Part shown: positions 48,295 to 61,482 of the stretch, piece after piece
Position numbering within the stretch: position 1 is the first letter of the stretch
How the letters are laid out: every line of letters begins with the position of its first letter
Origin: Azolla caroliniana
Lineage: Eukaryota > Plantae > Polypodiophyta
DNA: 64,000 nucleotides
Direction of reading: 5' to 3'
NCBI GenBank assembly: GCA_043228905.1
Contig: JBHGNT010000009.1
Span: 8,618,001-8,682,000 of the forward strand
Made by a program: the position numbers and the translations under genes
Notes under the pieces: model-generated
What the model was told of the DNA's origin: nothing
Database searches by the model: none
The model's input: only the letters and a program-made list of their open reading frames with translations

Positions 48295-49265
48295 GCATGA
48301 TATTTGTGTTATTCGACATCCGTAATATTCGTAATATTCAAGAATACAAAATTACCCCAAGAATATTACAGAACCATTTGTTTATTTATTAATTAAAAAA
48401 ACAAATATTTTTACATCTACTATATAAAAATATTATTATTCTGAGGTTCCCTTTTTAATGTCAAGAGAGTAAAAAAGTAAAGAATAGGGAATTAATGAAC
48501 CTTTTATTTATTATTTTATTAAAAATAAAACAAATATTTTTAATTTTTTCATCTATTATACGAATATTTTTAGTGTTAGGTCCCCTTTTTAATGTGAGAT
48601 AAAAATATGAAATTTTCTGAAAACCTTTTATTTATTTTATTTTTTTATTTTATTTTATTTATTTACATATTTTTATTTAGTTTTTGTTTTTATTAAAAAT
48701 TAAAACAAATACATTTAAGTTTTATATCTATTATAGAAATATTATTAGTGTGAGGTTCCCTTTTTAATGTGAGATAAAAATATGAAATTTTGTGGAAACA
48801 TTTTATTTATTTTATTTATTTACATATTTTTATTTATTTGCTTTATTAAAAAAAACAAATACATTTAAGTTTTATATCTATTATTAAACTATTATTAGTG
48901 TGAGGTCCCCTTTTAATGACAGATTAAAATATCAACTTTTGTGGGAGAGTAAAAATTGGGGAATTAATGAACCTTTTATTTATTATTTATTATTTATTGT
49001 TTATTGTTTATTATTTATTATTATGTTATTATTTATTTTTTTAAAACAAATACTTTTAAGTTTTCCATTTATTATAAAAAAAATTTATTTTGTGTAAGTC
49101 TACTTTTCAATGTGAAGTTAAATATCCCATTTTTAATGTGAAAGTCTCTTTGTTATCATAGTGGGGAATTAATGAATCTTTTATTTATTATTTGTTATTA
49201 TGTTATTATTTATTTTTTTAAAACAAATACTTTTAAGTTTTCCATCTATTATATACAAATATTAA
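48295..49265. repeat. AT-rich insertion of degenerate 140-190 bp tandem units inside gypsy G
   Basis: Abrupt drop in GC. The core TCTATTAT...AATATT.TTAGTGT.AGGT.CCC.TTTTAATG recurs near 48416, 48552, 48727 and 48877, with weaker copies near 49065 and 49245. Borders are approximate. Confidence 0.7.
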
Positions 49266-49399
49266 TGGCACCATGGAGGCGGTTTCGTTCGACGACACCC
49301 TTGGGGAGATCGAGGGAGATCAAAGCGAAGATCGGACAATTCCGATCAATTCGGTCAAAATATTCGAGATTATAGTGGAATTCGGAAGGATGATCAGGT

Positions 49400-52300
49400 C
49401 GGGTCGGACCACTCAAGTCAACACGAAGTACTAGAATGTGGACCGGAAGGTGAGGCCAGTCGCGACACCCTTACCGGAGGACAACTGGGAGCAGATGAAG
49501 AAAGGGGTCGCGACCAACCCGAGTTTGCGAGGTCCGAACAGCATAGGGCACCGGTTCACCTACGAAACGCTATGAAAGTTGAAGATCGGTGGGGGTGGTT
49601 TCCTACTACCGGAGGAGGAGCACCGGTTTCAGAGAATGATTGAGAGCCACAGAAAGACTTTCACATTCTCACCGAAGGAAATCGGGTGCGTCGAACCGAT
49701 GGTGATCATCACGGTACTGCATGTACCGTGGAACTTGATGCCAATTCCGGTACCGAGAGCTCACATCCCAAAGTTGATGGAGTTGCTCAAGGAGAAGATC
49801 GACATGGGGATCCTCGAACCGTCAAGCGCCCCATATTCAAATTGGTGGTTTACAGTGCCAAAGAAGAATGGCGCACTATGCTTTATAAAGGACCTGCAAC
49901 CGGTCAACAAAGTGACCATTCGAAATGCAGGGGTCAGGCCGACCATCGACGAGTTCACAGAGGCCTTCGCCAAAAGGTCGATCTACTCAATCGGCGATCT
50001 ATACTCAGGGTACAACCAGTTCCAACTAGCCGTCGAAAGTAGGGACATCACGACGATGTGGACCCCTCTTGTCTTAGTTCAGATGTGTACCTTACCACAG
50101 GAGGGACGAATTCAATGGCACACATGGTGAATGTGATGAACAAGGGGATGACGGATTGCATTCCTGACATCACCATGCCATTCTTGGGTGACATCCCGAT
50201 AAAGTTGTGTCCGGAGGACGTAAAGGACGAGTCAGTCGGGGAGGACGGATGCCGGAACTTCGTGTTAGACAACATCTCTGACTAGGAAAGGATACTAGAG
50301 AGGCTTGAAGGTGCACGTCTTACCTTCTCGAGAGACAAGTCAGTGTTCAGACAATCAGAGATCTTGGTAGTCAGACACCTATGCGGGTCATACAGTCGGA
50401 AACTGTCTCCAACTAAGGTCGAGGCCATCTTGGCGATGAAGGAGGTATGTAGGTTGACCACCGAGGTTCATCGATTCTTAGGGGCATGTGCATTCTACCA
50501 CATCTGGATTCCCCACTACGCACATATTGTCGAGTCACTCTATGGCTTGCTGAAAAAGGGACAGAAGTTTGAGTGGGGAGAAGAGCACTCGAAGGCGGTA
50601 CGAATGTTAAAGGGAATGCTAATGGTGGCACTGGCTCTCCAAAAGGCAGTATACGAGAAGGAGTCCCCGATTTTCGTTACAGTGGACACGAGTCCAACCA
50701 GAATCGGGTGGGTGATCAATCAGGAAGACGAAAGTGGAATGCAATTCACCATTGAATTCGGCGCGAAAGTACTGAGTGAGCAACATCGAGGATACACCCA
50801 AGTCACGCGAGAACTATGGGGTATCTTTTCGGCAGCGAAGGCTGACAAAGATTATTTGATTAGCACGGAGATTATTATCGAGACAAACTGCCTACCGATT
50901 CTCGATATGGTTTCTGGATGCATGACTCCTGACCTATCGATGCTCAGGTGGATCGCGTACATTAAGTCCCTTAATCCGAAGATACAACACATCTCCAAGA
51001 AGAACAACGCCATGGTCGACATGTTATCGAGAACATGGTTCCACGAAGAAGACGACATGGTGTTAGAAGATGAGGAAGTCAGAGTCGACTTCTTCGAGTC
51101 GACTTGATTTTCGGCAAACGAGCAAAGCACTCCGACCTTGCACGAGTTCAGCGAGGACGACTACGAAGGGGAGTGGCTGCTCATCAGGAAGTTCCTAAGG
51201 ATGATGACTGCGAACGCGTCATGGACAAGGGAGGAAATGAGTCGGATCCGGAAGAAGGCATACAAATTCTTCCTAAAGGACGGAAAATTATGGCGGCACC
51301 CGAAAAGGCGAAACGGTACACCCCTCCAGGTGGTGACACGGGGAGGACAAGTCAATACTTATGACAGAATTCCACGAGAGTCCTTGGTCCGGACATCGAG
51401 GCGTATGGGCTCCATTCGAAAAGTTGAAGGAGAGGTAATGGCGGTCGGGAATGTACAAGGATGTGCACCCCATCATGACGACATGTGAGAGCTACCAAGT
51501 GCATTCTGGAATCTGGCACTGCGACGAGCTGCACCCAACCTACCTGTCGGCCATTCACTTCAAGTGGATGGTCAACTTAGTAACGATGCCGATGGGGGTA
51601 GGACATATGAGATACTTGGTGCTTGCAAGGGAGGATCTAACAAACCAAGTGGAAGGCCGCGTTTTGACGAACAAGACGATTGCGGTCATATGTCGGTTCT
51701 TGATCAAGGATGCGATTTGCCAGTACGGGTGTGTAGGAAAGATCATGGCCGACCGAGGGGAGCTGGACACGCACGAAGCTGAGGATTTGTTCGACCGACT
51801 AGGGGTCAAGCTCTCCCTCATTACGGCATATAATCCGAAAGCGAACGGGAAGATCGAGTGCAGGCATGGGCCGATTGTGAAGGAGATTGTGAGAGCATGC
51901 GACGGACGGGTCGAGAACTAGTCGTGACTTCTACCTTATGCGCTATGGGACGACCAAACTACGCATAGTTCGATAACCGGGTACATACCAGCCAAACTCA
52001 TGTTCAGACCAAAGCCAATCATGGCGGTGGAACGAACGATCACATCATGGACGGCGGTCAATTGATCGAGAGAGATGAGTCGGGAGGAGTTGCTTACTGC
52101 GCGGATTCGGCAACATGAGAAGTGACCGGAGGACATGGAATGAGCAAGGGTGAAGTTGCAGGAAGCAAGGCAGAAGAACAAAGGTCAATTCGACCATATG
52201 CACTAACTGCGACCGATGAAGATCGAAGAACGCGATTGGGTGTTGGTCTATGACAACAGTCTGGATAACCAGCACCAGTCGACATAGAAGTTCGTGAGAC

Positions 52301-52838
52301 GGTGGTTCAGGTTGTATGTGGTGACGAGTGCCAACGACAATGCAGTCTACCACTTTGTAGAGCGGCAGTCAATTGGTCGAGAGAGATGAGTTAGGAGGAG
52401 TTGCTTACTGCGCGGATTCAGCAACTTGAGAGGCAACCAGAGGACGTGGAATGAGCAAGGGCGAAGTTGCAGGAAGCAAGGCAGAAGAACAAAGGTCAAT
52501 TCGACCAAACACACTGATTGCAACCAAAGAAGATCGAAGAAGGCGATTGGGTGATGGTCTACGATAACAGCCTGGATAACCAGCACTGGTCGACACGGAA
52601 GTTCGCGAGACGGTGGTTCGGCCCGTATGTTGTGACAAGCGCCAACGACAATGCGACCTACCACCTTGTAGAGCTCAGCAGAACGAGGATATATGTGCCG
52701 ATCGCAGGCAAACGGGTAAAGGACTTCAAGAAGTGGCACGAGTTGGAACTGGAACCGGAGGTGGAGGACGAGGACAACGACAAAAATGGGGAGCCGGAGG
52801 AGGACGTGGTCGACGGCGGATCGGACGAGGAAGAGTAA
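49400..52838 (+). pseudogene. pol: Gypsy G pol: RT, RNase H and integrase
   Basis: ORFs 49579-50130, 50058-50285, 50343-51107, 51138-51488, 51451-51921 and 52518-52838 (RWFGPY motif). Many disruptions. Confidence 0.88.
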
Positions 52839-52910
52839 GAACCGGACTAGAATCCCCACTAACTCACTATTTGGCACATACCGAAGGATGTGCGGTTTGA
52901 TGGGGGTGGA

Positions 52911-54229
52911 TGTCGTGGGGAATTCCGGCAACGAGGAGAAAAGTGAACCAACCGCGTGTGAACGGGGTGTGCACGAATGCACACGGGAAGTGTCTTTGTA
53001 TATTGTTGGGAATTAGGTAAGTAATTAAGGGTTAATTAGTACCTAATTATGTGATTAAGTTAAGCATAGAAGATTAAGTGATATGTGTGTGTATGTGTGT
53101 GAGAGGAAGAGAGAGAGAGAGAGAGGAAGTTAACACTTATGAACAACACAAGATGGGGGATGATAAACTAGAGTGTATATTATAAAACATCATCATCAAA
53201 ATACAAAAATACCTACAATGAGGTATATATAGATTTCATGTGCAAGGGTGCACATGTGTGAGAATAATATAAGTACAAAAGTGTAAGTCCTATATTAAAT
53301 GTACTTAGGAGTGGAGGATTTGGAATATCCCACTTAAGTACACGGTCCTATTTAAGGTGTTATAGTCAACACTTCTAACTAGATTCTATCTAGGTAACTA
53401 CGAAGTTACATGGTTGACTAAATACCTAACTCTAGTTGAGCTTGATCTCTCAACATATATAAACAAAGAATGTAAATATAAAGTATTTATAAGTACTAGG
53501 TAGGGTAGTTAATAGGTACTTTAATGTCCCACAAAAAGAGAGGAATATGATGAGAGAGGATCGAACGGAGAATCCTTGACAGAAAACGATTGTCTTTATG
53601 TGTGATGTAACAGCCTCCCCTTGTGCTATAAAAGGGGAGGTTTGAAACTGTGTTGGGGGGGTCGTTTTGGAGGGGGAAGCGCTATCGGATTGAGCTCTGC
53701 GGGTTTCGGTTTTCTAATCTGTGTATTCGTTAGGTGTTGGTGAGGCTTCTACTCCCGTAGGAAGCCTGTGTGCTCCCGACCAGAGGTTGATCGGTCCCGT
53801 GTGTGTGCATGTGTAGAGCTCGAAGCTCTCTCATCGACCGTGACCGGTTGTATTCGTTAGGTGTTGGTGAGGCCTCTGCTCGCGTAGGAAGCCCGTGTGC
53901 TCCTGACCAGAGGCTCATCAGTCCGGTGTGTGTGCATGTGTAGAGCTTGAAGCTCTCTCGTCGACCGTGACCGGTTGTATTTCTCTACTCATTAATCCAT
54001 TTCGTTTTTGTTGTACCCGGTTCTTCCCTCTGTGTTGAGTCCACATTCTCATTTCTGTTTCCATCTACCTCACGTATTTATCTAAGTTTTATGAGCCTGT
54101 GTGCTTTGTGTGCATCTTTGGCAATCGAGCCGATTAATCACTACAAGCAGTTGGTCCCTTTCTGACTTCTTGGTCCAAGACCCCCGTGGTCCCGCCCAGT
54201 CCGACATGTACCCGCGGGATACCGCGACG
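52911..54229 (+). repeat. 3' LTR of gypsy G, containing a solo LTR and a 127-bp tandem duplication (53722-53975)
   Basis: Starts TGTCGTG after the PPT, with TATA near 53627. Its terminal CCAAGACCCC.GTGGTCCCGCC is shared with the LTR of element N. Confidence 0.8.
53004..53455 (-). mobile_element. Solo LTR of the copia B/E group
   Basis: TG...CA ends and a perfect TSD TATAT. The minus strand begins TGTTGAGAGATCAAGCTCAAC, like the B and E LTRs. Confidence 0.88.
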
Positions 54230-56000
54230 ATGTATAAATAGAAGTTCATTTCTAATGTCACACAATGTGTCATGGAGGTGCGAAGTAATGATCTATCAAT
54301 CATGGATTTGTTATGTTTATGCCAAGTTTGTTGACTAGTATCATATTTATCATGTAGTCATTTCACTAAGGAGCTTGATTTGCTCATAGTTTTGATAAGT
54401 GTATGATGCATATGGGACATACAACTCACCAGACAACCATTATTTGATCGTCATAATCTCGATGTGTTTGTTGGTAGGGATGACTTTTGTACCATTCTCG
54501 TTCAATCCATCAAGGTTTTTATTATAGGCGATATTTGTGGATGGTTGTGAAGAATGGAACATGTGGGCGAGAGATTGTGATGGCATAACATTGTGGATTT
54601 AATTAATGACCAGCAAAAGAATAAGAGGTTATGGAGAAGAATGGATTAAGGTTGCTTAACAACATTGACACCCTCAAGTGAAGGACATTAAACAAACATA
54701 AAACACCATTGGTCTCCCATATATATATCATTGCATATTGTCTTATGTTACAACTTGGTATTTGAATAATGGATCCGAAGAAGTGCATTTAGCCTCACCA
54801 ACGGAGTCTCCAACAAATTCCCAAGATGTTGTAATAAAGGGGATAGGCAATTCCCTTTCTATAGCCAAACACACGATTCTCCTAGATCGCCACATATTCC
54901 CACGTGTCATAGGTTTTTATGGGTGTGTGTCCCAATTCCTAAAATAACTAGTTTTCGAATCATTCTACCCTTAACCCATTAAAATTAGCCATGGAATTGG
55001 TCTGTAAGGTTACCCCTTTACATTGGAAAAGATTGGGAATCATGATGGGACAAAAAGCAAGAGCCATCTTGACACTTCCAAAGTGTACAAACAATTTGGT
55101 GAAAATTGTTTTCACACTAATAGAAGATCATCGATCACAAATTGTCATGAATTTGTTCATAAGTCAAGAAGAAAAAAAAAGGTCAAAATAACATCGTTCC
55201 ATTTACGAGTCTTGAACATATTAAGCAATATTTTGAAAGTAACTAGGTTAAGAAACATTCACATTGTGACACTATTAGTTTGTTGGGCTCTATGTGTTTA
55301 TTATGTTAATTGAACGTTTCCCATTCTATTTAATAACTAGTCAACTTTATTTGACCTTACCTTTCAAACATAATTTTGTCTGTCAATTTTGCGTGTCAAG
55401 TGCAACTACATGAATGATGGAGATTGAGCTATCTGGTTGCCCATTTCTAATTTTGCTTTATGTCACCCAACAATGAACCAAAAGTATCCGACCATTAGAA
55501 TCAACCACCATCTTGTCATTACAATTCCATATGTGCAAGCATTAATTTTTTCGTGCAATTCAATATGATATGGTGGAGTTTGATAGACCATTACATTCAA
55601 CCACAAAATCTTGTCACTGCAATTCCACAAAAAGCGCAAGCATTTTTCATACGACTCAACATAGATACGGTGGAGTTAGCAGAATTGCATAGGATGAAGG
55701 TGGGATACTAATGTGCCCGATTTTCTAGCTGCCAGATTCAGTGTCTCTCAAGCTACTTACTATTATTGGATTGGAGAGGCTTGAGTGGGCAAGTAAGTCA
55801 TCCCGGCATGAAGCCGAGTAGGCCAAGCACCGCCATTACGAGAAGGCTAGTTAGTTGAACAGATAGCCGGCTAATCACGGGCCCTTGATGCTCTTGTGTA
55901 TAATGTGTCATGTGCTTACGGACCTTACCCCACACACACACACACACACTCAAATACAGTACACGGGTTGTGATGTAATTTCCATGGTGGAGAGGAGACG

Positions 56001-56021
56001 CACGTGCGAGAGACACGTGTC
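56001..56021. promoter_or_regulatory. Paired G-box/ABRE-like motifs upstream of the R3H-SUZ gene
   Basis: CACGTG at 56001-56006 and palindromic GACACGTGTC at 56012-56021. Motif match only. Confidence 0.45.
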
Positions 56022-56187
56022 GGAAGATCAGCCGGAGGGAGATGGATGGACGGCTGAGATGGGAGGGCGAGTAAAGATAAGCGCGGAGGGCCCTATCGAT
56101 CGGACGGTGGAGGAGGGGGGTTGGGGATTTTGATCGGACGGCTGTTAGGAGGCGTCTATTCAACAGGGAGAAATTTCGTGAGGGTCT

Positions 56188-56231
56188 TTTCTTCTTCTTC
56201 TTCTTCTTCGTCTTCTCTCTCTCTCTCTCTT

Positions 56232-56290
<59 letters not shown>
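56188..56290. repeat. Compound (CTT)n/(CT)n/(CA)n microsatellite in the probable 5' UTR or core promoter
   Basis: Directly visible. A further (CT)n tract lies near 56739-56785. Confidence 0.9.
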
Positions 56291-56291
<1 letters not shown>

Positions 56292-56735
56292 AAACGTTAG
56301 CAGCAGAAAGAGAACCCGAAAAACCAAAAGAAAAGAAAAGAGAACAAAAAAGGAGAGAGAAGCCCCCCCTCCTCTCTCTTTCTGTCTGTCTGTCTGTCTG
56401 TCTGTCGTCAAGCCATAAGCTATGGCTTCTTGAATCCTTTCTCCCTTCTTATCTCTCGTCTTCTTCTCCTTCGTTTTCTTCTTCTTCTTCTTCTTCTTCT
56501 TCTGCAACAGAGTCCCTTCTTTCTCTCTGCAAGCAAATACCTTTGGTGTCTTCTTGAATCTCTCTCTCCCCCTCCCTCCCACTTCTTCTAAAGGTATTCT
56601 TCCCTGCAACCGAACAGTTATTCTTCTCCTTGAAATTTTCTGTCTCTCTGTGTTTCATCATCTTCATCATCGTCTTCTTAAAAAAGGTTTGCCTTTTTCT
56701 GCAAGAAAATAGTTTGGCGTCTTCGTGAATCTTTC

Positions 56736-56787
<52 letters not shown>

Positions 56788-56852
56788 GCTTTTTCTCTGC
56801 ATAGATCGTCAACCGATCATGGGAAAACTTTGATTCGATTCCTTCTTGACAT

Positions 56853-57171
56853 ATGGCCTCTGAAGCCATGGATTCGGACAGAGCTCCTGAATCGTGGGAA
56901 ATGGTGGATTTAGAGGCCAGTATGAAGAAACTTCTCTCGGCAACAGATCTCCATTATCAGATCTCTTCTTCTGTTTCTACTACGTCTGCTTCTGCTTCCG
57001 CTTCCGCTTCCGCTTCCGCCTCTGCTCTTTCTGCTGCTCCTTTTGTATCTTCTTTGTCTTCCTCGGTTTCCTCTTCATCTTCGTCTGTTTATAGTTTGTC
57101 CGCATCAGATTCCGCTGAAGACGTTGATGGATTCTTGCGAGAAGCTCTTCAAGGCAAAGACAGGTTAACAA
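56853..57171 (+). CDS. R3H-SUZ single-stranded nucleic-acid-binding protein, exon 1
   Basis: ATG at 56853, plant-family motif APESWEMVDL and VDGFLREAL. Donor A|GTAAGT after 57171 (phase 1). Confidence 0.88.
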
Positions 57172-59605
57172 GTAAGTCTCTTAAATATCTAGTCGTTTCT
57201 GTCTTCGTTTCCAACAAGTTATCATATATGGATCACAACGGTGTATTCTTGCTGTTGCTAAGCTTGTCAATGAATGACCGTCGGATTATGTTGATTATGC
57301 GGTATTATTATGGATGTGGATGTGTCGTGATGTATTTTTGCAAATGCAAAATTTGCCTATGGATATGCCATTATATTCCTGTAAACTCTTGTTTATGGAT
57401 ATGCTTATGTTGATGTTTCTTGTAAATGCTAAAATGTTCCCATTATTACTTTTCCATAGATATGTATATGTCAATGGATACTTGCAAATGGCAAAATCAT
57501 CTGATAAATTATTGTTTATGAATATGGATATGTCAATATATTCTTGTATAAGAATGCATATATTGATGTATTCGTCTGGATGCTAAAATTTTCAATTATA
57601 TTCTTGTTTATGGATGTGGATATTGATATGTGCTTATTTATTCTTGTAATTGATTTTTTTTCCCAAGAAATTCATGCATTGTCTAGATATAGGTATATTA
57701 TAAACTCATTTCAATACAAATGCCTTTGATGTAATCTTTGATTACGTATATGGACTTTAAGATGTTTTTCTAGTAATGCTAAATCTTCCATCTTTTCCTA
57801 CTTCATTCTTGGTAATAAATTCTTGTATGTGCTTATAAAGTATTGTCATTCAATTAATTTATTCTGTATTTTTATTCAACTATTCCTTGAATGTTGATAT
57901 GCTATTTGATCATTTTCATTGTTCTTTTCTGTTTTTCTTCTTGTAAGTTCTTGTAAGTGATTGGTTTTCACTTCTTTCTTGTTATTTTTTCTAAGAAGTG
58001 TTTGAACATGGAGGGTTCTTTAGTGTGTTTAATTTTTGTCCATAATTCTTTCTCAATATTTTCTCTAAGAAATTCTTAAACTTCGATTGTTTGCTTAGTG
58101 TTTTTAATTTTGTGTGTAGACTTTTGTATATGGATTTGTAAATGCAGTAATTTTACGTCCTTTTTTCTGTATTTTGCTCTTATTCTCTTTCATGTTAATC
58201 CTCTTCATTTTTTCTTTCTGTATTTTGGTTGGAAATTCTTGTATGTGGATTCTTCAATGTATTCTATTTCTCCTTCTTTTTTTTTGGCATCAATTCTTGC
58301 ATATATTTGTTGAAGTATTCTCTCTCACCTGGCATAATTTGCTCATAAATTTATGTGTATTAATATGTTGATATATTTTCTTTCACATCAATTTTTTCTA
58401 TTGTTCTAAAATTCTTAAATGTGGTTCTGTTGGTGTATTATCAGTCAATTCTTATTCTGTATTTTTGTTATTTACTTTTTGTGTATTGTTTTATTGAGTT
58501 CTCCCTGGGGTATTACACTCAGGAAATTGTGAGTTCATATATTCATATGGAAGCAAACATGAATACACTCCAAGAAAATCTGAAATAGTACATAGATATG
58601 GGGGGAAACCTGAAGAGTCAGATTATTTATGCAGATGGATGAAAACCATATATATGTCCTTATCAACTGAACGTGTAGGGTTAATATGGATATGGAAGAA
58701 ACCCTGAAATAACTAATGAAAACTCTAGTATACTCCAGGGAAACTGAATCTGTTCTATAGAAACCTGTCAATGCTACCTGGAAACTGTAATTTGCTTTAT
58801 GGAAACCTTAACACAATTTATGCAAAGTTATTTCACCTAACCCAAATCCTGGAAGTTTAAATGGGACAGTAAAATTGAATAGCATAAATCTCTAACAAAA
58901 AACTCTGAAAGATCAATTGATATTTTTTGCTTCTATAATTGCATAAGAAGGAAAGACAGAAATGTATTTATATGTGGAAGAAAATCTAACATGGTTTGTG
59001 AGAGATTCATAGGAGTAAAAATATGCAAAAGTATATGGGAGGAAACCTAGTTTAATAACGCTTAAAATATATGGCAGAAAATCCTGATACATTCCAATAA
59101 ATGCTAATTGGAGAGTGGAAATGATGTGTGAGTGCTAATAAACTTCATCCTGGTGTGTTGGAGATGCTCTTACTCCTGTGCGGTTAAAAATATTTCTAAA
59201 GCAAACAAACTCTGGTAGAAATATATAAGCATGCATGAAAAGGTAAATCAATCCATTACCAAAAGAAAATTTTCCGAAAAGTAGGCCTGAATGTTTTGTC
59301 CAATTTGACAAAAACATATCTTCTGTTGGAATAAATATGTTTTATATCAATCAGTTCCACAAAATGAATACTTTGCTCAAAAATGTTTTTAAAGCTGTTT
59401 CCACCTTGATTTTCTCTACTTGCATTTCAGAAACTTTAACAAGAATTTCTGCAATCGGTGATCATGGCACCTCAGAATCCTCTTCTATGTCTTAGATATC
59501 AATAAATAAATGTAGTTTTGTATATTAAAATAATTGTTTTTCTGAAACAAAATGATCTTGAATGTTCTTCTGGCTCCATACTTAACATTGAGTTTATGCT
59601 TGCAG

Positions 59606-60281
59606 TTCTCCGATTGGAGCAGGAAGTTATGAAGTTCATGCAAAACCCTAATGCCCAACAACTTGAATTCCAACCTATGCCATCATCTTATTTGCGTCTT
59701 GCAGCTCATAGAGTAGTTCAACATTACAACTTGCAATCTTTGGTTGCTGATTGTAGCAATCCTGATAACACTCGAATTATTGCAAAGAAGACACCAGAGA
59801 GTCGATTCCCTAGAGTTAAGCTCGTGGACATCCCGTCTATTTTTTCTTCAGAAGATGATAACCGAACACATTCTGGAAATCTGAAGTTCGAGTTAAAACG
59901 AAGGTCCAACCGATCTAAATTTAATAGAGATGGCACTTCCTCTTCGGATTCATCATCGAAATTGAATCCAGCCAAGAGTGTAGAGGAGAGAAAGGAGGAA
60001 TACAACAGGGCTAGAGCTAGGATATTCAATAATGAGTTTGGAGCGAGAAACGATGAAGAATTGTATGTTCCAGAATTAGATTCGTTCTCAGAGTCTAGTC
60101 TTCGCTATGAGAAGAGAACGGAACAGTCATCTGCAGAATTTTACAATGGTCCTAATAGGTTAGCCAATGGGAGGTCTGAAAGGGAATCTTCCATGAGCTA
60201 CAAGGGGAGTAATAGAGTGGCTATATTCCGAGACAGGGAAAAAGACAAGAAAGACCCAGATTATAATAGGAATTATGACAG
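59606..60281 (+). CDS. R3H-SUZ protein, exon 2 (R3H and SUZ domains)
   Basis: Acceptor TGCAG, and the splice gives DRLTILRLEQ. R3H motif SYLRLAAHRVVQHYNL, SUZ motif KSVEERKEEYNRARARIF and RVAIFRDREKD..DPDY. Donor AG|GTTTGT. Confidence 0.95.
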
Positions 60282-60836
60282 GTTTGTTCCTTTTTGTGTT
60301 ATGCTTGTATTTCTTAACTACTTAAAAAAGTATGCTTGCCTAGGAAAATTTTCTAAGCATGGTTGTATTGCTTGGTAGATTAAGTGGCATGCTCAACATT
60401 TGTCAATATTACTTTTGTATGCTCGGTCATAAACTGTTTTAGATGAAGGATTTGGTTAAATCTTTGTCAGCTCTCTATATATTGGGAAAGAGAAACGATT
60501 GAGAAAATTTGGACGTATTTCTAAATAGCCATAATTTATCATGAAGAGTAATCACTGTAATTAACAATATGATCTCTAATCAATTGTCGGCTAATCATAT
60601 TCATCAGAAGCATTCCAATCTATCATGAGATAATCCCAGACTAGAGAGAAGACAGAGCCAGGTTGAGGGAAATCTTTCAATCAAATTCCTATCTGCGAAT
60701 CAAGAAAAAAAACACTTTTGAATGAGCATCTAAAGCAAGTTTGGAAAAATGACAAGCATACGTTTTTATATATCTATAATATATATGAATGGAAATATTT
60801 TTATTGTCTATTTAGTTAACTTTGTGAGACTGGCAG

Positions 60837-61185
60837 ATATGTGCAGCGATTTGATCCTGGTTTTGGTGTAAATCAAGGTCCGTATGGAGTGCAAGCAGTA
60901 TATACTCCAATGGTTAATTACAATACAGAATTTCCGCAATTAGGAGGTGGTGTTAGGCCACAGATCTGTGTGGAACCGTCGGTGCATCGTGCCATTCCTC
61001 CCCCTCGACCAATGCAAGGTCCCTGGGCAAGCTCTTCTAATGGTATAAATTTCACATCCCCAGATTCTATGATGGGGTCTTTCAACTCAGGAGTTTATAT
61101 GCACCCTCAACAGTTTACACGCCCTGCTCCTGCAATGATGTTTGTTAATAACACACAAGAACGATTTCCCCCATCGGTTTTGCAG
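60837..61185 (+). CDS. R3H-SUZ protein, exon 3
   Basis: Acceptor GGCAG. The phase-2 join gives DRYVQRFDPGFG, followed by NYNTEFPQLG. Donor CAG|GTAGT. Confidence 0.9.
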
Positions 61186-61482
61186 GTAGTCCAGTCCACA
61201 CCCTTTTTTTTTCTTTAAATTTCTATCATGTGATTGTAACTTACCTTTTGTATATGTCATCTCACAATTTTTTTGGTTGATTACTGTTTCAATGATTCAA
61301 TCAATCAATCCTAACTTTTGCCTCTTACATGCTTTCTCACAACGCTGGCTTTTTCTTTGCCTTTTGTTTTGTACATGTATGTATTCTCACAAAATAGAAT
61401 GTGCTCTTTCCTTTGACGCTGTAAACTCAGTCTTTGTTGTCTCACAATGCATTCTGTGATTGCTTGATTATTGCATGAACAG

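Larger units (their letters stand above)
46758..54229 (+). mobile_element. Degenerate Ty3/gypsy element G, 3' portion; outermost element of the nest
   Basis: Gag end, protease ALINHGSEIN, RT with DLYSGYNQF and FLGDIPIK, RNase H with VTVDTSP, integrase with YNPKANGKIE, PPT GGGGGTGGA at 52902-52910, and 3' LTR at 52911-54229 ending GCGACG. Confidence 0.85.

Noticed and set aside
48300-49262. Terminal inverted repeats (TATTTGTGT / ATACAAATA) defining a MITE
   Set aside because: Short, imperfect and expected by chance in AT-rich DNA, with no TSD.
54230-55800. Short ORFs and a degenerate duplication of about 97 bp (55501-55677) as a gene or transposon
   Set aside because: No recognisable motifs or termini.
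56160-56802. Minus-strand ORFs rich in ER, K and R runs
   Set aside because: These are translations of CT and CTT microsatellites.
59518-60378. The 286-aa ORF as a complete single-exon gene
   Set aside because: Both ends run into introns. Splice sites at 59606 and 60281 restore the conserved family motifs.
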